NCBI GenBank assembly: GCA_002189035.1
Contig: CM007992.1
Span: 1,178,001 to 1,242,000 of the forward strand
From: Utricularia gibba
Taxonomy: Eukaryota > Plantae > Magnoliophyta
Direction: 5' to 3'
DNA length: 64,000 bases
Shown here: piece after piece, positions 21,058-31,803 of the stretch
How the letters are laid out: every line of letters begins with the position of its first letter
Position numbering within the stretch: position 1 is the first letter of the stretch
The notes under the pieces: model-generated
The model's database searches: none
Told to the model about the DNA's origin: nothing
What the model saw: only the letters and a program-made list of their open reading frames with translations
Made by a program: the position numbers and the translations under genes

Positions 21058-21750
21058 TCTGCGAAGTCTTTTCTATAAGCAACAGCGCACCACAAGGTAG
21101 AGAAGAAAAGAGAAGCTACAAGCGGCCACCACAAAACTCACTGATGCGCTTCACCAGCTAATCCGCCATCCTCCTTTTCGCACCAACCTGAACCTGGACA
21201 CGGATTTGAAGTAATTGCAGGTGACGCGACAAAGCAGTAGCACCTGGTTTTCATAAATGAAGGACAGATGCACCGCACGCACATACAGCAGAGATTAAAG
21301 CTTTTTTTTTTTTGTTCTTTTTGAAGTTTTTCAGTAGGCACATGCCCATGAAGAAAATGAACCTGCTACACAAAGATTCCCCCACTGGAAAACAACTGGG
21401 GTTCACGAGACAGAAAGAACTAGCAACAAAAACCATAAGTTTCTCGCTACCCAGATCTCGCTGTCATCAACTAATACAACCCAAATCAAACACTTTCAAG
21501 AAAGCTACAGCTGATACTCTCCAGAAAGCGAAATCTCAGTCACATACCCAGAAAAACCGTTCTCAATTTAAGCTCCCTTTTCCATTTTCGGAAAACCAAA
21601 AAAGGGGGTGTTCTTCTTCAGACAGCACTATTTATCATCTCTTCTCCTCCCCCCCACACAGCAAAAAAAAGTAGGCGAGAACCAGAGCCACCAAATAAAG
21701 AAAAGCACTTGGATTTGAGTTGAGCTGAGGTGAGCTGCAGTACCCTCCGC

Positions 21751-21779
21751 TCCCTCCCTCCCTCCCTCCCTCCCTCCCT
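21751..21779. repeat. (CCCT)n microsatellite at the ARF6 5' end
   Basis: About 7 copies of CCCT. Confidence 0.9.
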
Positions 21780-21812
21780 ACGTAATACACACACATACAT
21801 GCACACACTGGT

Positions 21813-21819
21813 ATTTATA
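21813..21819 (-). promoter_or_regulatory. Probable TATA box of ARF6
   Basis: TATAAAT on the minus strand lies ~35 nt upstream of a (GAGG)n tract that begins a long CT/GA-rich leader. Confidence 0.5.
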
Positions 21820-22720
21820 TTTCACTCTCCCCATCGTTGTATTCTCTGTCTTGGTTGGGTAGGCATGACTATAGATCTATTTCCAACTCCAGTCAAATGT
21901 TCACATTTAATACTCCGATCACATACACAGTACGGTGGCTCCACGGCCCACGTCGTGAGAACGAATGATGGAGCTTCAAGTTTTTTCTCCCCCATTTTTT
22001 TAAAGATGACAATAAAAGGCTGTCGTGGGAAGGGCGGGCGGGCCATGCCAAATTATGGAAGATAACACCGGAAAAGTCTCTTTTATCCCTTTTCAACGTG
22101 GTGTGGGCCCCATCTGAATCATTTCAATTTCATATTTCAAAACAAAGCACCCAAAGCGCATATCATCATCCCTTCTGGATCGCCGTGGGCACCCATGCTA
22201 CTTAACCCGATTAACTTGTGGGTTGATTCGTACGGAATGATGTAGAACAAACACAAACCAAATTGGTATTTTTTTAATATATGCATATATAATAAATATT
22301 GATTAGCACAAATGGGATGTTGTGCAAATTACGATATTGCTTACTTTCGTAACTTACGAGAAACATTAATTGGAGCACATATCGTAGTTGCATTTTAAAC
22401 ATTTGATTTGGATCAAATCGTGGTACGAGTTGAGTTTATCTAACTCGTTGACTCATGATTTGATGAATTGTATTTTTATTCTACCTTGTCGAGTTTGATT
22501 TGTGATTCTATGAATACCGAGTCCTAGGTTAAAATCTTACACATGAACCAAATGACTCATAAATAAGATCGGTCAATGTCATGTTGGGAATCCATCACAA
22601 CAAGCTATACACCATTCTTAAATTCGAATATTTCACCCCAAGCATATAATATTTATTAGAACAAACAATATCATATTGAAAATTGAAATTAGAATAATCA
22701 AATATATAAAAGATTATATG

Positions 22721-22867
22721 TTTTAACATTTCATGCACACAAACATTCTAATCTTTTTTAATTTAATTCATCTTTTATGTGTACTTTAACTTCATTTGTG
22801 TTCATCTAATTCATCGAATATTGAATTTCAACAATATTAAGATGTTTGTGTGCATGAAATGTTAAAA
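22721..22867. repeat. Short inverted-repeat element (32-bp arms), possible MITE remnant
   Basis: TTTTAACATTTCATGCACACAAACATTCTAAT (22721-22752) is the reverse complement of 22836-22867 with 2 mismatches. No clear TSD. Confidence 0.7.
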
Positions 22868-25800
22868 TGAAGAATCTTATAAGTCAAATAAGCATATTAA
22901 AATCTAAATATGCAATAGATATAAATTATACTATAAAAAATTAAATCTAATCCATTATTAATAATCTATAATTTCTTATACAATTATTTGTTCTAATATG
23001 AAAGATAAACATTTCCAATAATAATAATTATTATTATTATTTTGTTTGGGAGGCAGCACCCAATACCCCCCATACAGCGAGAATGTAGACAAAAGTGAGG
23101 GGGGTTTTTTTTAGGGAAAGTGGATGGATGGCATACAAGTACGATGGGTACGCAGGTGACGTGGAAGGGGTGCACTTCTCGTCCCGTCTCGCGCGTCCTC
23201 GTCTGGAAGAGGGTGGCATCAATAAATTAAGCCCACCCACATGCACTGTCCCTCCACGGCTTCATTCATTGGTAGTTGAGGGAATTCAAAGCCACACTTG
23301 CAAGTACTAAATATTATATCATATAATATAACATCATCACTGCCATCTATCTACACTTGGTTACGTTACCTTACGTTATAGCTGCCATCCCCATCGATTC
23401 CCTTCAGTCATGGGATCTGTTTGACGTCGCCCAGACGCAGAGCAGAGGGTGGGAGAGCCCCTCAACGACTCGTCGCTGCCACGCCCCCCAGTTCTGATTT
23501 TGAAATTACACACAATAATAATAATAAAAATAAAAGGCGAGGAGGGTCCCACCCCATCCAGTGTAAAAGCTGATTGATTGATTGATTGATTATTGGAAGA
23601 GGAGGGTTTGGTCCGGGGTATTTTGGGGAGATTAATTAATTGATCGTCTTCGTTTTTTAATCTCACAATTAAGGTTTTATTTAACATATTTTTTATTCTA
23701 AAAAACAATAATTTTGTTCCAAATATAAAACCCAGAAATTTAGAAATATTTCTAAAGAATGATTTTTTGAGAAGTTGAATTTGAATCAAATAGAATCTAT
23801 AATTTAATATCCAATTTTAGATATTAACCTCACACACACCACTCGCCTCCTATCTGGTAGGTGAAGCGAGGCATAAGATATGCCACTTAGACAAGTCATT
23901 GGTGGTGGTGTTTTTAAACCCACACATTAACGTGTAAATTAATCAGATTAACAAATTTTCGATAATTCATCCATTCAGCAAGTATATGATTATCGAGAGT
24001 TTTTTTGAAAAATAACTATTGTGTTTTGACTGTGTTATAAATCTAATCATCCTATATGCATTTTTTTTTGTGCATAGTGTGTGTGAGATAAATGTGCAGT
24101 GGGTATGTTTCAAAAAAAACCAAAAATCAAGATAGGAGAAAGTGATGAATTGGTGCCTTGTAGGTTGGGAAAAAGTTGAGGGTGGCTTTTTTGTTATTTT
24201 CTTCTTGTTGGAGGGCACAAAAAAGCAAAAGAAGAAAAAAGATCCAATTATTGGAAGTGCTGAAATTGAATTTTTGTTCCAATTAATGAGCATTAGATAC
24301 ATTTTATTATAACAATAAACCTATTTCTATGCATATTCTATATTCACAACTTTATTCAATGTTTCAAATAGATTTTAAATGTATAACAATATTAATTGGA
24401 AATAATAATAAAATTCCAAATTTTTTAAATAAAATATAATTTATAAAAAATTAGCATTTGATATTGATATCTCTCAATTTCAAGATGTGTAAATCTATCT
24501 TCCTAACCTTCATTGGATACTCTTACCTACTATTCATTTTCATTTATGTTCAAAAATAATAAATACATAATCATATTTTATTATACATAAAAAATTATTT
24601 ATCAATCAAATATATTTTATCTCATACATATCTCCATTAAAATATTTTTAATATATTTAATTTTCTCTATCCTTTGATGATTGTCACTCCTCTTACATAA
24701 TTACATCTAACAAATGATCCAAATAATACATGATGGCACCATTTTATCAAAAAAAAAAAAAAGTAAGGAAAGCAACGTGTGACCAGTTCCCATGAGGATG
24801 GGGCCCATGGAATTTATGGCGCATCTCGATCTCTTCGCTCGTGGGACCCAGTCTCCCTTTCTCCACAGAGGGAATGAATACCCAATGCATTTTGTAACGG
24901 GCGCGGGTCGCCATCCGGTGGAGTCAACAGTGGTCAGTCGGGTCGGACCCCACGGCGGGCATGTTCAGTCTTCTGCACCCCTTCAGCGTTCGTTCAGAGC
25001 AAGGATGTTGTCTCTTTTAGTTTCCAGGAATTTGTGGTTGAATTTTGTAAGGAAATATCCGGATCCCAATGGGGATGAGTCGTCGCGATTCGCACGTGCA
25101 GTGGCAGGGGGGTGGGCCATTTCCATCATGTGGAATTAAGGACTGATTAATGATGATTAGGAAGTGGGTAATCGATCCCACTGGTTGTTGCTCCAGCAGC
25201 AGCAGGGCAGTGCCTCTTGCACCCATGGAATGGGATCAGACCTAACAGCACATCCATCCCCAAATATGGAGTCGTCCAAACGGGTGTTAAAATTAAACAT
25301 CCGATGGATTATACGAGCAAACGTGAATTTCAAGTACACATTAAACATAAATTATATTAAAAAAATTATATTTAATCAATTATTATTAATTCATAATTTT
25401 TTATATATTTTAATATTTAAATTTCATTTTAGATGTGATATTCTTTGTTTTAATACTCAGCTTCAAGTCCAATAGGTCTTTGATTTTGGTTAAGAATTAT
25501 GTTTTTTTAGTAATTCCATATAGTGTTGAGATCATAAGCTATTTTTTATCAGCAAAACCTAATGCATTTCATTGTTTTTTTTCTTTTTTTCTAATCATAA
25601 ATCGGATCAATACGAAACCCATCTTGGTTATTAAATATGTAATGTAAGATAAATATTTTAATATCATATTGAAATTAAGAATTTGATGAATCACACCATT
25701 ACATATGAAGCTCAAGTACAAAATAAATCTAAATCAATTTTAAAAAAAAGATTGGACACAATAGTATAGATACACAAGCTCATTTTAAGTGCTTCCACAA

Positions 25801-28800
25801 AATTACACGTGCGTATCGGTGGTTTATTTACTGTAAAACCAGCATCCATCCTGCATCCTACCACCAGGCCTGTAAGTAAGGTGCCAGGAGGAGCGTCCAG
25901 TTTCCTGGCTTCCTCATCCATCTTCTCTTCGTCTGCGGTGTTGGCGATGAAGAAGCGGCTAGTCATCTTCATACTGGGGTTGGATGATATGACCCGCAGA
26001 GCAGAGGGTCCTCCCTCCCTCCCTCGCCTTTAAGACCGGGCCCCTGTTTCCGTCGCTGTCGTCATGTAGCTTGTCGGTCCATTCTTTCGGAAGGAGCATT
26101 TACAGTCTGCGCTCAGGTATCTCAGCATTCAACCTCATTATTCACCCAAGCTGGAATCAGCAAATCAAACCAGACCAGACCCACTGTGAAGAGGAAGAAG
26201 AAGAAAACCGATATTCATGTTGGTTTAAACAATATTTCGCAAATGAATGTGAATTATGTATAATGAAAAGTAAATTTTATAAGTAATTATTATTTTTTAA
26301 AATTTTTTAAATTATCGTTTATTTTATTATAATTACTTTATTAAACGTATTTTTTTTAATAAATAGAACTTAATAATAAATATAGATTCTATACAACTAG
26401 AGAATATAAATTTTGAAATACTCTTTATTTTTAAAAAAGTATATATATAACTTCTATTTTATTAGAAATATCTCTTGAATTTTTTTTTAATAAAATAGAA
26501 TCATTCTTGTATAGTTATACTATTCATATATTTATTTTTTGAGCATATGGATAACATACATAAATGGAGGGGATAAATGCTAATTATACTAATACTTTAT
26601 TATTAGACGACCTCTAAGAAAAACTAGATGCAATATATTGATCTTTATCCTCATCAACTTGATGTCATAATCCATGAAACCTAAGTTTCGTATTAAATCT
26701 CTAATTTTGTGATTTTAGAGTATCTGATAAATACTTAAATTTGATCAAACTCGATCATTTTATTGAATCGGATAACGTCAATTAAAAACATATAAATGAA
26801 AGTGATGTGTTGTGTAATTTGCTCCACGTTCCATATGGCATGTTCCACAAGAATGTGAATGAATATGGAACCATAGGGATGAGATTTTGTGTTGTCATTT
26901 TTATTTTTCGAGGACTGGTGGGGGCCACTCCATGCATCCTGATGAAATGCTGCATGTGGTAGGGCACACGCACACTTCACTCCCATCACCAGCACGTGTG
27001 TGCCACTGCCATATTTCTTTTTCCTAATAATTATATTCTCGAAAAAAAAAGTGCAGCTCCGGTCCATGGCAGGAACCAATACTCAGATGCTCCTCCTCCA
27101 CAGAATCGGTGGGCATGTTATGGTGTTGAGTGATATTCATAGGGGTTGGTTTTATCATGTGATAAGAGTAGAGTTTTGATCATGTTAAGGTTGATGGATT
27201 GGTTCTGCGGTGTTGCTCGGAGGTTCCTTCTTTTCTCCGGTCCCAGTGGGAAGGTTGGAGTCATTGGAAGAACTGGGAGCAGGAAGAATGTTTATTGATG
27301 ATTTTGGAATATTAAAGTTTGGGTTGCTCGATCTGGAGTTTTCTCTCGGGTTTCAACTGATTTCAGGTGACTAGTTAATTATCTCCTTTCTGGCCTCTCG
27401 TTTCCATGTTTGTTCATCTTTTTACCATCACTTTGGTGCACGAACCGTGCCGTTCAATGAGAGCTCCTTTGAAGGATGGCACCAGCAGGAATCCTTTGGG
27501 ACTGGATGCAGAGGTTGCATTCTCTGCTGGGTATTCTGAGTGCTTCGGGTATCTGAATCAGGGGAAAACTTCAGCACTAGACAGTGCCAACCAGTGACGC
27601 TCCACCGTGCGCTGCTCCCGCGGTCAGAGATTCTTGTTCTAGATGAAGCAATTCAACTAATGATTTAATAAATGAAACTTGAAGATTAAAATCTTTTTAT
27701 TAACTGTAATTTAGAGTAATGTCCGTAAACTCCAACTTATTACATTTTATAGATAAAAATCTTATAGTAAACGCATTTTTAAAAATTAAAGGCAATATTT
27801 AAATAAGAAAATCCCATACATATTTTTGTTGATGCAAATAATTGTTTTCATCTCGGGTTATCTCAAACCGATTAGTATGTTTTTGGTAACTTATGGATTA
27901 ACCAAATATCTGATTATTAATTTTGGATTAAAAATGGTTTTCATTCTGAAATTTTAATTTTTTTAAAATAAAAAGATTAATTGTGTTTCCAAATATTCTA
28001 ATGCTAAATTGTTAACATGGTTCAATATATTCTAGAAGGACTTCGATTTTTATTATTGAAAATATATAACACATGTATTATTCAATTTATTTAGTATATA
28101 TATCAGTATTTTATGTTAATATTTCAATATTATTTAATATGATTTTTTAAAAATTATAATTTATTTGTATCATATCAGTCCCATTTGGAACTCAGGTCAC
28201 ATAGACGTAAATGTGTTGCCGAATTCCCTCGTTACGGCAAAGTATTGCAGCCGTCTAGCGGAAGATGCGGTGAAGTCAACGGACACGTGGAATTGGAAAC
28301 CAATTGGGGGTGATCTGGTGTGTGTGTTCCCATGAGAAGAGAATAGGGAGCACACACCGCAACAGAACTCGTCTGCCAGTCATGTCCGTTATAACTCGTT
28401 CCGCGAATCAGGAGGATTCACTCGCAGCGCTCGGAGATCTGTTCATCGTCGTTTTCTTTGATCGGGGGTAATGGCAATGTGATTCATGCTTTCCTTCTGC
28501 CTGCCTGCCTCATTTGGAGTAGCATTCTGCACGAATCTTACGTGTGTTGCCTGCCGCGTTTCCTTACGTTTTTTGATCCGAGTGAAGTTTGATTTTCCTT
28601 GATTCTATTCGCACATGGAGGTTGCTTTGTGAATCAGTCCCGTACTGTAAACATGCCTGGGGATTAGAGCTCTTGTTTGATTTGTGAGCTTTACTCGTTA
28701 TTGCGTAATCGGTTGTTTTTCTTGTTGTGCATGTCTGATTTATGATATGCGTATTTGGATTGTCTGATAAATATGTGATCTGAAAAACTGAAGAGGTAGA

Positions 28801-28894
28801 CTTCCGATCGCGATCACTGTTCTTGAGCTTTTCCCTCTCCCTTTTTATGCGTACAGGAGGGAAGGTTGGGAACTGAATTTTGTATCAAGTGGTG

Positions 28895-30809
28895 ATGGGG
28901 ATAGTCAATGAGATGAGTGGAGGGGACCAGCCCTCGGAGCTCACTCGCAGAAGAGGATGTGCGTGCACAAAAGATGATTTTCTGCCTGAGGAATCATTTA
29001 AGAGCTGGGGAAACTACTTGACTGCGTTGGGGCAGACACCGGCTCGAATGGTAAATCGAGCGTTCACTCGTTCAAGTCTGGAGGAAGAGATCGAGGTGAA
29101 GATGCGGAGCCAACACCAGATGAAGAAAACACTCACTTGGTGGGACTTGATCTGGTTTGGTATGGGGGCTGTCATCGGTGCAGGAATATTCGTCCTCACT
29201 GGCCAGGAGGCACACGATAATGCCGGCCCTGCGGTCGTTCTTTCTTATGTTGTATCCGGGCTTTCTGCATTGCTTTCCGTCTTCTGCTACACTGAATTCG
29301 CCATTGAGATTCCAGTTGCGGGTAAGCAGGGGCAACCCTCGTGGTAGGAAGAGATGGTCATTTCTACTGCCGAGAGTAGTTTCATTTAATCTTGTCACTC
29401 ATTTTTCAGGAGGCTCGTTTGCATACCTGCGTGTGGAGCTTGGGGATTTTGTGGCCTTCATTGCTGCTGGAAACATTATTCTTGAATATGTGGTGAGTGG
29501 AGCAGCCGTTGCACGCTCATGGACATCCTACTTTGCCACACTCTGCAACCACAAGCCTAATGATTTCCGTATTCTAGTACATGATCTACCTGATGGCTAC
29601 AACGAGCTTGATCCTATCGCCGTTGGCATCATTATATTTGTCTGCATCGTTGCTGTAATGAGCACGAAGGGCTCCTCACGCCTCAACTACATTGCCTCAA
29701 TTGTCCATGTGGTCGTGATTGCCTTCATCATCATAGCTGGCTTCATCAAGGCAGATGTCAAGAATTTTACACCTTTTGCTCCATTTGGTGCAAGGGGTGT
29801 CTTCAGAGCCTCTGCAGTTCTCTTTTTTGCATACGTGGGTTTTGATGCTGTCGCAACCATGGCCGAGGAGACTAAGAATCCTGGAAAGGACATCCCTATT
29901 GGTCTGGTTGGATCCATGGTGATCACCACTACCATATACTGTTTGCTAGCAATTGTTCTATCTCTGATGCAGCCATACCAGAAAATAGATACGGATGCCC
30001 CTTTTTCAAGAGCATTTGAGATGGCTGGTCTGAGTTGGGCTCAGTGCATTGTTGCTGCTGGCGCACTGAAAGGCATGACTTCTGTGTTGCTGGTAAACTC
30101 TGTTGGTCAGGCACGATACCTCACCCACATTGCTCGAACTCACATGATGCCACCATGGTTTGCCAATGTTGATCCAAACACTGGAACTCCCATCAATGCA
30201 ACCATTTGCATGCTTGCCGCCTCTGCAGTCATTGCCTTCTTCTCAGAACTGGATATTCTTGCCAATCTACTTTCAATAGCAACACTATTCATCTTCATGC
30301 TCGTCGCACTGGCCCTCATCGTCCGCAGATATTATGCCACGGGAGAGACATCACCACAGCAGAGAAACAAACTTATCCTCTTCATTGTCTTAATACTGGT
30401 GTCCTCCATCATCACAAGTGCTTACTGGGGAATCAGTGAAACTGGTTGGATCCTGTACTGCGTGACGGTTCCCATTTGGCTCCTTTCTACTGGTGCACTC
30501 TGGTTTTTTCTCCCTCAAGCCCGTAAACCAAAGGTCTGGGGTGCTCCTTTGGTACCTTGGATTCCTTCAGCATCCATTGCCATCAACATCTTCTTGCTAG
30601 GATCCATAGACAGACAGTCATTCATCAGGTTTGGGATCTGGACGTTCATCCTCCTCGTCTACTATGTCTTCTTTGGACTCCATGCATCCTATGACACCGC
30701 CATATCTTATGAAGCTAAGGCATTGGAGGCCAAAGCATATGGCAAGGCTGAGGAAGGTAGTCATCCTCCTCCACCCAGCTCTGGTTCTGGGTCCGGGTTG
30801 ATGGTTTAG
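28895..30809 (+). CDS. CAT1: Cationic amino acid transporter (APC family), 2 coding exons (28895-29321, 29410-30809)
   Basis: RRRGCACTKDDFLPEESFKSWGNY, MKKTLTWWDLIWFGMGAVIGAGIFVLTG, YTEFAIEIPVAG|GSFAYLRVELGDF, FFAYVGFDAVATMAEETKNPGKDIPIGL and WGAPLVPWIPSASIAINIFLLGSID, with many TM helices. A 5'-UTR intron probably ends at ...gcgtacag 28857. Confidence 0.95.
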
Positions 30810-31016
30810 ATGCCAAAAGCAGCTCTACAGCATCATCCTGATAATTTCCCTTGTCTGTTTGTCCAGTTAAGTCAAGAAGCAGCAAGCTGCTGGTTTTAAT
30901 CCAACTTCATGTCACAGCATTCTATGTTCATGATGTAAATACCAATTTACTTATCATTTAGGAAAATAAGAAAATTAAAAAAAATGACAATTGCCTTGGT
31001 AGGGTCGTCCCTCTCG

Positions 31017-31493
31017 CTACTCTTCCAACTGCTCAAGTTCTGCCTCAAGCTGCTCGATCTTGAGCCCCATGGATCTCTGAATCGAGGCTTTCTCCTTCTC
31101 CGGCACCCCGTCCAAGAGTCGACTGTACAACTCGAGGACTTCGTTTACGGCAGCACGAGCGCATTCCGCTTCTTCGTTGAAATACACAGTTTCTTTTGAT
31201 TCCATGGCGGATTCGATCTCTTCCCTTGCTTCCGCAAACTTCAGGTTGATTTTGTCGACTTCCTGATCGATTTTAACGCTGTAACGTCGGCAATCCTGGA
31301 AGATCGGGTGACCGGCCGCCACAGTCCACCTCCTTGGGTTTTGATTGTGAAAACCGTGATAATGCCTCTTCAATTCACAAAATGAAGGCGATTTGAATCC
31401 ATGTTTAGGGAGAAACCCCGATTGCGGGTTGGAGTGCCTCTGAACAGGGCGTCGAAGGAGGAATCTCTGGAGATTCAGAGGACGGGGAACCAT
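31017..31493 (-). CDS. Small intronless conserved protein with an organellar (probably mitochondrial) presequence and helical C-terminal domain ('embryogenesis-like protein' family)
   Basis: 158 aa with an Arg-rich N-terminus. The conserved-looking core is EVDKINLKFAEAREEIESAMESKETVYFNEEAECARAAV...IQRSMGLKIEQLEAELEQL. Confidence 0.8.
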   Translation of the reverse strand: MVPRPLNLQRFLLRRPVQRHSNPQSGFLPKHGFKSPSFCELKRHYHGFHNQNPRRWTVAAGHPIFQDCRRYSVKIDQEVDKINLKFAEAREEIESAMESKETVYFNEEAECARAAVNEVLELYSRLLDGVPEKEKASIQRSMGLKIEQLEAELEQLEE

Positions 31494-31803
31494 TTCTTCG
31501 CCAACGGGAATTGGGGATTTAGGGTTGCGAAAGAACGAACACTAGGTGTAGAGCTATTATGTAACATCAAATAAACAGTTATCCCAAGTGGGCCGAGAGA
31601 ACGATAACATTGGGTCGGGTTTGCTTATTCCCCGTCTGAAAAAATCGGGTGTGGACCATTTCGGGTTTTGGGTTTGTTCCGGGCGATCTCCCTTCCGCTG
31701 CATCCCTTCCCTTGATGGGTGTGGTTGCAGTTCAGGCTCTGCAGCAGCGCTGTTCAGTTTTAAACGAGAAAAGAGGTAACGGGGCCCCTCTGTGTGATCG
31801 GAG
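31494..31803. promoter_or_regulatory. Compact bidirectional promoter region
   Basis: Only 310 bp separate the divergent ATGs at 31493 and 31804. The region holds a telo-box-like TTTAGGGTT (31518-31526) and site II TGGGCC (31589-31594). Confidence 0.6.

Noticed and set aside
25712-26033. Overlapping short ORFs (86 aa minus, 74 aa plus) in an intergenic island
   Set aside because: There is no recognisable domain or signalling-peptide motif, and the ORF runs into AT-rich filler. It is treated as non-coding.
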